NCBI GenBank assembly: GCA_038065455.1 | Contig: JBBTQX010000006.1 | Location: forward strand, 1 to 28,019 | Length of the DNA stretch: 28,019 nucleotides | Origin: Patescibacteria group bacterium | GTDB taxonomy: Bacteria > Patescibacteriota > Minisyncoccia > UBA6257 > GWB1-50-10 | Direction of reading: 5' to 3' | In this document: one piece after another, positions 1 through 7,387 of the stretch | Layout: every line of letters starts with the position of its first letter | Numbering within the stretch: the stretch's first letter is position 1 | Notes under the pieces: model-generated | Seen by the model: the letters and a program-made list of their open reading frames with translations, nothing else | What the model was told of the DNA's origin: nothing | Databases searched by the model: none | Made by a program: the position numbers and the translations under genes

Positions 1-211
1 TCGGTTTGTATCCGGAGAGGTATCCGTATTTCGACGACATTTCTTCGTTGGAGAATTGGCTTGAAACGGAAAGTTCTTTTACTTTCGCAATCGCGGTTTC
101 AAGCATCGCCGATATTTCGGCTATCTCTTCACCCGCGTCTTGGATGAATCGTTTGATTTGTTTCTTCTGTCCGGAGGTAATTTCTTTGGATGTGATCAAT
201 GCTTTTTTCAT
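1..211 (-). CDS. Hypothetical protein, 5' part only (runs off the window's left edge)
   Basis: Not in the ORF track. Manual translation from ATG 211 (in-frame ATGs also at 217 and 220): MKKALITSKEITSGQKKQIKRFIQDAGEEIAEISAMLETAIAKVKELSVSSQFSNEEMSSKYGYLSGYKP..., no stop. AAAGGAG SD at 221-227. Confidence 0.75.
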   Translation of the reverse strand, partial: MKKALITSKEITSGQKKQIKRFIQDAGEEIAEISAMLETAIAKVKELSVSSQFSNEEMSSKYGYLSGYKP

Positions 212-281
212 TGTCATCATCTCCTTTCGTTAATGAATGTGAAATTGTTTAAGAGCGTTCTTGAGTTTCAAGAATGAAAGA

Positions 282-310
282 ACAATATCACAATATAATA
301 ACAAAGTCAA
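282..310 (-). promoter_or_regulatory. Putative sigma70 promoter TTGACT-17bp-TATTGT for the leftward hypothetical gene
   Basis: agtcaa at 305-310 and acaata at 282-287 on the + strand, 17-bp spacer. Confidence 0.5.
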
Positions 311-350
311 TATCCTCAAAATACGAGGATTTATCTATAATAAACCAGTA

Positions 351-2105
351 ATGCAAAAAGCCGATAAATTGGACGGTATCCGCCACTCACTGGCTCATTT
401 GCTGGCGGCGGCGGTTCTGAAGAAATTCCCCAAGGCCCAGCTCGCCATCGGGCCCGTCATTGAGCACGGCTTCTATTACGATTTCAAACTCCCCCGTCCG
501 CTTACGCCCGAGGATTTGAAGGAGTTTGAAAAAGAAATGCGCCACTTCGTGAACCAGAAACTTCCCTTCTCGGGAAAAAAGATTCTGCCCACGGCCGCGA
601 AAAAACTTTTCAAAGATCAACCTTTCAAGCTAGAACTCATAAAAGAGTTTACTAAAAACAAACAACAATTAACTGTCTATAAAACGGGAGAGATTTTCTT
701 TGATCTCTGCCGGGGCGGCCACGTGAAAAACACTTCGGAAATAATTCCCGATTCGTTCAAGCTCGATAAGACCGCGGGTGCCTACTGGCGCGGGAACGAA
801 AAGAATCCGATGTTGACCCGCATCTACGGCCTAGCCTTCAATTCAAAAAAAGAATTGGAAGAATACCTGAATATGCGGGAGGAAGCGAAGAGGCGCGACC
901 ACAAGATACTCGGGCCGGCTTTAGACCTCTTCATTTTTTCCGATCTCGTCGGCGCCGGTCTGCCGCTTTGGACGCCCAAAGGAACCATTCTTCGGAATAC
1001 CTTGGACGATTTCGTCTGGAAACTCCGCAAAAAATACGGCTATCAGAAAGTGGAAATTCCCCATATTACCAAAAAGGACCTTTACGAAGTGAGCGGCCAT
1101 TGGGAAAAATTCCAAGAAGATTTGTTCAAGGTGAAAACCCGCGAAGGGCATATCTTCGCCATGAAGCCGATGAACTGCCCCCATCACACCCAGATTTACG
1201 CCCGGCGACCCTGGAGCTATCGTGAACTTCCCCAGCGCTATGCCAATACCACGATGTGCTATCGCGACGAACAGACCGGCGAACTTTCCGGTCTTTCGCG
1301 GGTGCGCGCCTTCGCCCAGGACGATGCCCACGTTTTTTGCCGGCTTCCGCAAGCCAAAGAGGAATTTTTGAAAATTTGGGACATTATTCACGAGTTCTAT
1401 GGCGTCTTCGGCTTTAATCTCCGCATCCGGGTTTCCACCCACGACCCGAAGCATCCCGAGAAATATCTGGGTGACAAGAAGAAATGGGCCTTTGCCGAAA
1501 AGATGCTCTCCGAAATCGTGAAGAGCAAAAAAGCGGATACCTTTCTAGGCATCGGCGAAGCCGCTTTCTACGGCCCGAAGCTGGACTTTATGGCCAAAGA
1601 TTCGCTGGGACGCGAGTGGCAGGTGGCCACTATCCAGCTGGATGTGAATATGCCGGAGCGCTTCGACCTCACCTGCACCAATGAAGAAGGCAAGCCCGAA
1701 CGCATCGTGATGATTCACGCCGCCATTATGGGTTCTATTGAACGCTTTCTCTCGATTATTATCGAGCACTTCGCCGGCGATTTTCCGCTCTGGCTCGCGC
1801 CGATCCAGGTAAGAATGATTCCTATCGCCGACCGGCACCGCCCTTATGCCGAAAATATTTTGAAATTGCTCGAGGAAAACGATATCCGGGCCGATATCGC
1901 CGCGGAGGGCGAAACGCTCGGCAAAAACATCCGCCAGGGAGAGATAGAAAAGATTCCCTATCTTCTCGTTGTCGGAGACAAAGAAATAGAAATGAAGGCC
2001 GTAAATGTCCGCCGCCGCCACGAAAGGGACACTGCGACTATAACGCTCGAAGAATTTTTGGAAAAAGCGAACCGGGAAACGGAGAAAAAAACCGGATGGA
2101 AATAA
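351..2105 (+). CDS. thrS: Threonine--tRNA ligase (lacks the N-terminal TGS/N1 domain)
   Basis: IRHSLAHLLA, DLCRGGH, GAYWRG, KPMNCPHH, QDDAHVF, AAFYGPKLDF, IHAAIMGSIERF motifs. Start moved from the track's TTG at 261 to ATG 351, which follows TATAAT at 336-341. Confidence 0.97.
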   Translation: MQKADKLDGIRHSLAHLLAAAVLKKFPKAQLAIGPVIEHGFYYDFKLPRPLTPEDLKEFEKEMRHFVNQKLPFSGKKILPTAAKKLFKDQPFKLELIKEFTKNKQQLTVYKTGEIFFDLCRGGHVKNTSEIIPDSFKLDKTAGAYWRGNEKNPMLTRIYGLAFNSKKELEEYLNMREEAKRRDHKILGPALDLFIFSDLVGAGLPLWTPKGTILRNTLDDFVWKLRKKYGYQKVEIPHITKKDLYEVSGHWEKFQEDLFKVKTREGHIFAMKPMNCPHHTQIYARRPWSYRELPQRYANTTMCYRDEQTGELSGLSRVRAFAQDDAHVFCRLPQAKEEFLKIWDIIHEFYGVFGFNLRIRVSTHDPKHPEKYLGDKKKWAFAEKMLSEIVKSKKADTFLGIGEAAFYGPKLDFMAKDSLGREWQVATIQLDVNMPERFDLTCTNEEGKPERIVMIHAAIMGSIERFLSIIIEHFAGDFPLWLAPIQVRMIPIADRHRPYAENILKLLEENDIRADIAAEGETLGKNIRQGEIEKIPYLLVVGDKEIEMKAVNVRRRHERDTATITLEEFLEKANRETEKKTGWK

Positions 2106-2108
2106 TCA

Positions 2109-2134
2109 AGCCGTTCATTATTCAATGAACGGCT
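2109..2134. terminator. Stem-loop, probable terminator between thrS and a convergent small ORF
   Basis: AGCCGTTCATT-attc-AATGAACGGCT, 11-bp perfect stem right after the thrS stop. Confidence 0.55.
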
Positions 2135-2153
2135 GATAGATTTTTTACACTGG

Positions 2154-2279
2154 TTATTCGTGAATGCCACCGCTTGTATCGACAAGTGATGGGTCAAATT
2201 GTTTCTTGAGACTTTTTGCGACAACAATGACTGTTGTACAAAGCGCAAACATGCTTATAATAACCAATAATTTTTTCAT
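2154..2279 (-). CDS. Small 41-aa protein with signal-peptide/membrane-anchor-like N-terminus
   Basis: Manual translation MKKLLVIISMFALCTTVIVVAKSLKKQFDPSLVDTSGGIHE*. GGAG SD 7 nt upstream of the ATG. Below the ORF-track cutoff. Confidence 0.5.
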   Translation of the reverse strand: MKKLLVIISMFALCTTVIVVAKSLKKQFDPSLVDTSGGIHE

Positions 2280-2359
2280 AGTATGACTCCAGGAAGGAAT
2301 GTTTTTAAAGGTGGCCGGTTAGGTGGCTTCTGCTCATACAATAGGATAATATCGAGAAT

Positions 2360-3256
2360 ATGTCAAAAGAACGAAAAATAATAATAATCGCCGGACCGAC
2401 GGCAAGCGGAAAGAGCGCCTTGGGCATCACCTTGGCGAAAAAATTCGGAGGGGAGATAATTTCCGCCGACTCCCGCCAGATATATAAGGGACTGGAAATA
2501 GGTTCCGGAGCGGTAAATAAAAAGGAAGCCGGCGGCATCCCCCATTATCTTATAAACGTCACAAACCCGAAAAAAACTTTTGCAGTCTCCGAATACAAGA
2601 GATTGGCTCGGAAAAAAATGGAAACAATCTGGAAGAAAAAAAAACTGCCTATTCTTGTCGGGGGGACGGGGCTCTATATCCGCGCCGCCGTAGATGGCCT
2701 CGTTATTCCGGATGTGAAGCCGAATCCGAAGCTCCGCCGGAAGCTGGAAAAGAAATCCGTTTCGGAACTTTCGCTGATTCTTAAGAAAAAAGATGTCCGG
2801 CGCTGGAGGGAAATAGACCAAAAGAACCCCCGCCGGCTCGTCCGGGCGATTGAAATCGCGATGGCGCTCGGAAAGGTGCCGGCAATCAAGATAAATCCCC
2901 TCGCGGCCGAAGTGCTTTTCCTGGGAATCAGGAAAGAAGGAAAAATGCTCGAATCGGCAGTCAGAAAAAGAGTCGCCAAAATGGTTCGGGAGGGACTTGT
3001 CGCGGAAACAAAAAAACTCGCCAAGGCCGGCGTGCCGGAGAGAAAAATCAGGGAATTCGGCTTCGAATATTCGAATATTCTGGCATTTATCGGCGGCGAA
3101 ATCGCTTCAAAACCCGAACTCATCGATAAAATCGCGAAATCCACCCGCGATTACGCCAAGCGCCAAATGACGTGGTTTAAGAAAGACGGAAGAATTATTT
3201 GGGTTAAAAACAGGAAGGCGGCGCTTGATTCCGTCCGAAAGTTCCTTTATACTTGA
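2360..3256 (+). CDS. miaA: tRNA dimethylallyltransferase
   Basis: GPTASGKS P-loop, ISADSRQIY, VGGTGLY, NPRRLVRAIE, YAKRQMTWF. Confidence 0.96.
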   Translation: MSKERKIIIIAGPTASGKSALGITLAKKFGGEIISADSRQIYKGLEIGSGAVNKKEAGGIPHYLINVTNPKKTFAVSEYKRLARKKMETIWKKKKLPILVGGTGLYIRAAVDGLVIPDVKPNPKLRRKLEKKSVSELSLILKKKDVRRWREIDQKNPRRLVRAIEIAMALGKVPAIKINPLAAEVLFLGIRKEGKMLESAVRKRVAKMVREGLVAETKKLAKAGVPERKIREFGFEYSNILAFIGGEIASKPELIDKIAKSTRDYAKRQMTWFKKDGRIIWVKNRKAALDSVRKFLYT

Positions 3257-3262
3257 ATTATT

Positions 3263-3448
3263 ATGGGTGGAGTACCAACAAAGCATCATTCCAAGTCAAA
3301 AGTCGGCCGGCGGCGTTCCCAGCAAGCCCTTAAGAAGATTAAGATAATGGTTTGCCCGAGATGCAAAGCTCCGACCCTTCCCCATCGCATCTGCCCGAAC
3401 TGCGGCGAATACGTCAAAAGCCCCAAAAAACCAAGCGCCAAAAAGTAG
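3263..3448 (+). CDS. rpmF: 50S ribosomal protein L32
   Basis: VPTKHHSKSKVGRRRS, CPRC...PHRICPNCGEY zinc-ribbon motif. Confidence 0.95.
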   Translation: MGGVPTKHHSKSKVGRRRSQQALKKIKIMVCPRCKAPTLPHRICPNCGEYVKSPKKPSAKK

Positions 3449-3492
3449 AAGCAGTCGAGTTCAGTATTTGTAATTTGAAATTTTAACTTTAT

Positions 3493-3927
3493 ATGGCCAC
3501 CCGTCACTTAGCGCGAACCATCATTCTCCAATCCCTCTACGAATGGGATTTTTATGAGCATAATGCCGACCTCGCGGCCATCATTGACCGGAATATGAAG
3601 GAGTTCGGTCCTGGCATCGACGAACCGGACTTCGTTTGGCGGATTGCCAAAGGCGTCATCGAGAACATTAAAGAAATCGACGATATCATCAAGCGCGTGG
3701 CGCCTGAGTGGCCTCTGAACCAGATCGCCATCGTAGACCGAAATGTGCTCCGAATAGGCCTCTATGAGCTCCTTCACGCCGATAGGAATGAGGTGCCGCC
3801 AAAGGTAGCCATCAATGAGGCCATCGAAATCGCCAAAAACTACGGCGGTCAAAACTCCCCCAAATTCATTAACGGCGTCCTCGGAACCGTCTTTAGGGAA
3901 TTGGAAGCCAAAGAACCCAAGAAATAA
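3493..3927 (+). CDS. nusB: Transcription antitermination factor NusB
   Basis: RHLAR...[34 protein letters not shown]. Confidence 0.96.
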   Translation: MATRHLARTIILQSLYEWDFYEHNADLAAIIDRNMKEFGPGIDEPDFVWRIAKGVIENIKEIDDIIKRVAPEWPLNQIAIVDRNVLRIGLYELLHADRNEVPPKVAINEAIEIAKNYGGQNSPKFINGVLGTVFRELEAKEPKK

Positions 3928-3936
3928 TTGCAAAAT

Positions 3937-3966
3937 AAAATAACCATTAATACTAATGGTTATTTT
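3937..3966 (+). terminator. AT-rich stem-loop after nusB, possible terminator
   Basis: AAAATAACCATTA-atac-TAATGGTTATTTT. Confidence 0.45.
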
Positions 3967-4002
3967 TAAATTCTTTATAGGTCAACTATATCCGTCAATC
4001 CT

Positions 4003-4028
4003 AGGTGCTATCTTTGAAGATAGCACCT
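4003..4028. repeat. Short palindromic REP-like element (GGTGCTATC family), copy 1
   Basis: AGGTGCTATCTT-tg-AAGATAGCACCT. Positions 4004-4028 match 17823-17847 at 21 of 25 positions. Confidence 0.6.
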
Positions 4029-4034
4029 CAAAAC

Positions 4035-4065
4035 AAAAAAGACCGGACATTATCCGGTCTTTTTT
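4035..4065. terminator. Bidirectional rho-independent terminator between nusB and rplK
   Basis: AAAAAAGACCGGA-catta-TCCGGTCTTTTTT, GC stem with A/T tails on both sides, between convergent genes. Confidence 0.85.
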
Positions 4066-4085
4066 TCAAAATATGGGAATTTAAA

Positions 4086-4511
4086 TCAGTCCGTGATTTC
4101 AATTCCCATATTTTTTGCGGTGCCGGCGATGATTTTCATAGCGGCGTCGATGTCGTTCGCGTTCAAATCCGCCATCTTCCGTTCGGCGATTTTTCTTAAG
4201 TCGTCTTTAGTTACTTTGCCCACCACGGTCTTGCCGGGCGTGCCGGAAGCCTTTTCCAACCCCGCGGCTTTTTTGAGGAGTGCGGAGGCCGGCGGAGTCT
4301 TCAATTTGAAATCAAATGTGCGGTCCTCGTAGACGGTGATTTCCGCCGGAATGACGTCACCACCCATATCCTTGGTCGCCTCGTTGAATTGCTGGCAGAA
4401 CTGCTGGATGTTCACGCCGTGCTGACCCAAAGCGGGGCCCACGGGCGGAGCCGGATTCGCCGCGCCGGCCTTCATCTGTAATTTTAATCTTGCTTTTATA
4501 GGTTTTGCCAT
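4086..4511 (-). CDS. rplK: 50S ribosomal protein L11
   Basis: [40 protein letters not shown]. Confidence 0.98.
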   Translation of the reverse strand: MAKPIKARLKLQMKAGAANPAPPVGPALGQHGVNIQQFCQQFNEATKDMGGDVIPAEITVYEDRTFDFKLKTPPASALLKKAAGLEKASGTPGKTVVGKVTKDDLRKIAERKMADLNANDIDAAMKIIAGTAKNMGIEITD

Positions 4512-4518
4512 ATTTTTA

Positions 4519-4646
4519 CCAGGCAGTGAAAATGCGATTGCAAGCTACGCTTGAATCTGCTATTTTATTCGACTCTATTGATTTTTTATTGTATATTTTC
4601 ATATTTTTGGTTTCACCTTAAATTTAATCGCATTTCTACTGCCTGG
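4519..4646. mobile_element. 128-bp MITE-like element (family B) inserted at the nusG stop codon
   Basis: Terminal IRs CCAGGCAGTGAAAATGCGATT / AATCGCATTTCTACTGCCTGG (19 of 21 pairing). TTA direct repeat at 4516-4518 and 4647-4649, the latter being the nusG TAA. Confidence 0.8.
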
Positions 4647-5207
4647 TTACAATTTCTTCACCTGGAGCGAATCGAGCTCCACCATTGTATCCCGGCCGAA
4701 AATCGGAACTAGGACTTTTATCTTCCCATGTTCCTCATCCAACTCGGACACTTTCCCTTCCTGATCCTTAAAAGGACCGTCGGTTATTTTTACCACCTCT
4801 CCCAGCTTCAAGTCAACTTTGAACCTCGGCTCGTTTCCGCCGATTCTCGCCATCAATTCTTCCACCTCGTCTTTCGAAAGCGGAGTCGGAGTAGCACTGT
4901 CGGCGCCCACGAAGCCCGTTACCCGAGGGGTGTTGCGCACCACATACCAGGAATCGTTGTCCAAAACCATATCCACAAGCACGTAGCCCGGATAAATCTT
5001 CTCCTCCGTCTTCAGGCGCTTGCCGTTCTTTATCTTTATCTTGGTTTCCTTCGGCACAATAACATTGAAGATTTTGTCCGTCATCGAAAGCGATTCGACG
5101 CGCTGTTTCAGGTAGCGCGCGACGGCATCCTCGTAGCCGGCGTAGGTATGGATTGCATACCAGTGGCGGCTGATTTCCTTTTGGCTTTTTTCGGATTTGA
5201 TTATCAT
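4647..5207 (-). CDS. nusG: Transcription termination/antitermination protein NusG
   Basis: WYAIHTYAGYE, YPGYVLVDM, VRNTPRVTGFVG, KOW motif VKITDGPF, IFGRDTMVEL. Confidence 0.98.
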   Translation of the reverse strand: MIIKSEKSQKEISRHWYAIHTYAGYEDAVARYLKQRVESLSMTDKIFNVIVPKETKIKIKNGKRLKTEEKIYPGYVLVDMVLDNDSWYVVRNTPRVTGFVGADSATPTPLSKDEVEELMARIGGNEPRFKVDLKLGEVVKITDGPFKDQEGKVSELDEEHGKIKVLVPIFGRDTMVELDSLQVKKL

Positions 5208-5208
5208 T

Positions 5209-5394
5209 TTATAGGATGATTTTTTGGAGGATTTGAATAAAAATATAATCCAAGATACCCAAGAAAGCGGAGATGACCAAAGAAAGCACGATGACGAAAA
5301 TCGTGTAGCGGACCGTTTCCTCGCGTCTCGGCCAATTGACTCTTTTGAGTTCCTGCTTGGATTCCGTCAGGAACAATTTGATTCGTTCAAACAT
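5209..5394 (-). CDS. secE: Preprotein translocase subunit SecE
   Basis: ELKRVNWP motif plus one TM helix, directly upstream of nusG. Confidence 0.93.
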   Translation of the reverse strand: MFERIKLFLTESKQELKRVNWPRREETVRYTIFVIVLSLVISAFLGILDYIFIQILQKIIL

Positions 5395-5447
5395 AAAACA
5401 ATACCCATCTAGGCTTTTCTAGAATTTATCATAGTATGGCTAATTTA

Positions 5448-6029
5448 TCAACCGTTTTCAACTGCCCGGTAAACATTTACGGCGCCCTCCCTGATTACCT
5501 TAACCCGGCCATTTTTGAGCGCGATAAGCGTAGACGGCTTGGATTTGAGCATTCCTTTGTCGAGATAGAAATCCGCCCTGTCACCAAAATACTGCCGGGC
5601 TTCCCGGATATTCTTTGCGGGCGGCTCCCCTTCCCGATTGGCGCTCGGCGCCACAAGTGGTCCGGAAACATTCAAGAATTTCCTAAGAACCCTGTCATCC
5701 GGCAAACGAAAAGCGACACTCTTCCCCCTAACCGGCAAAACCACGCTTACTTTTCCCGGCCAAATTTTTTTCAATATACCCTTGGTTTTTTTGTTCAATT
5801 TCACCCCAAAAATTTTCAAATCGTTCAATTCGGAAATCAGCACGATAAGCTGTTTTTTGGCGCTTCTTTCCTTCAGTTTGTAGATTCGGGCAATCGCCCG
5901 TCGGGAAAAAGCCGAACCGACCAGGCCATAAAGAGTATCGGTTGGAAGAACGCCGATGGCTCCTTTTTTAATTTCCCGAGCCAGCTTCCGGCTGAATTTC
6001 CCGTAATTCCCGCGAATCGGTTTTTTCAT
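5448..6029 (-). CDS. tsaC: L-threonylcarbamoyladenylate synthase (TsaC/Sua5/YrdC family)
   Basis: PTDTLYGL, IYKLKER, WPG, AFRLP, PSAN, PST, IREGAV. Confidence 0.9.
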   Translation of the reverse strand: MKKPIRGNYGKFSRKLAREIKKGAIGVLPTDTLYGLVGSAFSRRAIARIYKLKERSAKKQLIVLISELNDLKIFGVKLNKKTKGILKKIWPGKVSVVLPVRGKSVAFRLPDDRVLRKFLNVSGPLVAPSANREGEPPAKNIREARQYFGDRADFYLDKGMLKSKPSTLIALKNGRVKVIREGAVNVYRAVENG

Positions 6030-6537
6030 TTTTATGGAGCAAAGAATAAACGATTGCCCAGCCGGCCAACGCGACCAAAATGCCGCCCGCGATATCCGTC
6101 GGATAATGGACGCCAGCGAAGATTCTCGCCAAACCGTTCAGGAAAGCCAGCGAAATGAACCAATAGCCCCAGCGCCGATTAAGCGAAAAAATGACGAAGC
6201 CCAAAGCAAATAAAAACGAAGCGTGGCCGGAAGGAAAGGATGTATTGGTCTCGTTCACGAGCGGCTTGAAACCCAAAGCAACGAAAGGTCTGGGGCGGGC
6301 GTAGAAATAAGCGATGGCTCCCGCGATGATTCCCCGAGAGATGAGAACTGTGAGCGCGAGACGGAGAAAAGTTCCAATCTTCGATTTCAGGCCCTTATTT
6401 TTGAAAATGAAAAATACCGCCGCGCCGAAGAGAATATAGGCTAGATATTGGGCGAAAAAAATTATAAGGCCGTCCGAAAAAACGGACCAGCCCGAAACGC
6501 CGTGAATCCAATTGAAAAGATTTATATCCCAGGCCAT
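5968..6537 (-). CDS. PAP2-family phosphatase (undecaprenyl-diphosphatase-like)
   Basis: RPRP, SFPSGH and RIFAGVHYPTD catalytic motifs, several TM segments. Confidence 0.9.
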   Translation of the reverse strand: MAWDINLFNWIHGVSGWSVFSDGLIIFFAQYLAYILFGAAVFFIFKNKGLKSKIGTFLRLALTVLISRGIIAGAIAYFYARPRPFVALGFKPLVNETNTSFPSGHASFLFALGFVIFSLNRRWGYWFISLAFLNGLARIFAGVHYPTDIAGGILVALAGWAIVYSLLHKNEKTDSRELREIQPEAGSGN

Positions 6538-6548
6538 TTGAATTTAAC

Positions 6549-6571
6549 TTAATCGCATTTCTACTGCCTGG
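6549..6571. repeat. Solo terminal repeat of the family B element abutting the rpsR stop codon
   Basis: TTAATCGCATTTCTACTGCCTGG is identical (23 of 23) to 4624-4646 and directly adjacent to the rpsR TAG (6572-6574). Confidence 0.8.
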
Positions 6572-6781
6572 CTAGCGCCTGACGAAAGGCAGAAGACCCA
6601 TCGTTCGGGACTGCTTTATGGCTTTGGCGAGGCGCCGCTGATGCTTGGCGCAGATGCCGGTGTGGCGCGGGTCGATGATTTTTCCCTGACTCGAAACGAA
6701 GCGGCGCAAAAGCTCCACTTCCTGGTAATCTATTTCCTTGGAATTCTGGGAACAAAAAAGGCACTGTTTGGCTGATTTCAT
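6572..6781 (-). CDS. rpsR: 30S ribosomal protein S18
   Basis: CLFC, IDY, LRRFVSSQGKI, TGICAKHQRRLAKAIK, GLLPF; follows rpsF-ssb. Confidence 0.97.
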   Translation of the reverse strand: MKSAKQCLFCSQNSKEIDYQEVELLRRFVSSQGKIIDPRHTGICAKHQRRLAKAIKQSRTMGLLPFVRR

Positions 6782-6904
6782 CCCGTTTAGAGACAGGATG
6801 CGCTTCTTGAGCGCATCCGTGATGCATTAATTGACTCGACTTTATTGGATTTTATTGATTGTTCGGTAATCATATTGTTCATAAGTTTGGTGTCTCTAAC
6901 GGGA
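6781..6904. mobile_element. 124-bp MITE-like element (family A, copy 1) at the rpsR start codon
   Basis: TCCCGTTTAGAGACA...TGTCTCTAACGGGA terminal IRs. TTCA direct repeat at 6777-6780 and 6905-6908. Homologous to 7387-7527 and 11634-11756. Confidence 0.85.
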
Positions 6905-6916
6905 TTCATGTTTGTT

Positions 6917-7387
6917 TTAAAATGGGATTTCTTCCGGCTTAATATCGCTTTCGTCGATATTTATCTCCGGCAATTCTTCTTCCCTCGAATCCTCCGCCTT
7001 GGGTTGGGATGGAGCGCTCGGGCGCTGTTCCCCGCCGAATTGGCCGCCGCTTCCGCCCGAAGATTTGGGACCGAATTGAATATGATCGGCAATAATTTCG
7101 GTTGTGCGCCGCGTCTGGCCCTGCTTATCCTGCCACTCTCTGGTTTGAAGCCGCCCTTCCACCATGGCTAAGCCGCCCTTCTTGAGATATTGGCTGGCGA
7201 TTTCCGCTTGTCGGCCCCAAACCACGATATTGTGGAATTCCGCTTTCTGCTGCTTCTGGCCGGACTTGTCCGTATAAAAACTATTGGTCGCAATGCCGAA
7301 GGAAGAAACCGGTTGGCCGGCCGTCGTCTGCCGGAGTTCCGGATCGCGCGTCAGATTGCCTAAGATGAAAACTTTATTGAGGTTCAT
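6917..7387 (-). CDS. ssb: Single-stranded DNA-binding protein
   Basis: NKVFILGNLTRDPELR, VEGRLQTREW, acidic C-terminus EEIPF. Confidence 0.98.
   Translation of the reverse strand: MNLNKVFILGNLTRDPELRQTTAGQPVSSFGIATNSFYTDKSGQKQQKAEFHNIVVWGRQAEIASQYLKKGGLAMVEGRLQTREWQDKQGQTRRTTEIIADHIQFGPKSSGGSGGQFGGEQRPSAPSQPKAEDSREEELPEINIDESDIKPEEIPF

Noticed and set aside
261-350. 30-aa N-terminal extension of ThrS from TTG 261
   Set aside because: AT-rich divergent promoter region; TATAAT at 336-341 favours ATG 351.
3467-3490. Imperfect 7-mer repeats (tttgtaa tttgaaa ttttaac) between rpmF and nusB
   Set aside because: Too short and degenerate to call.
5395-5447. tRNA upstream of secE
   Set aside because: The gap is too short and has no cloverleaf; I saw no tRNA or rRNA anywhere in the window.
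5968-6029. 62-bp overlap of PAP2 with tsaC
   Set aside because: Most simply a lost stop or small frameshift giving a hydrophilic tail; no sign of recoding.
6781-6904. Family A as a ribosomal-protein leader (S6:S18) or riboswitch
   Set aside because: It also occurs before rpoC, is absent before rpsF, and has terminal IRs with flanking duplications, which fits an insertion better.
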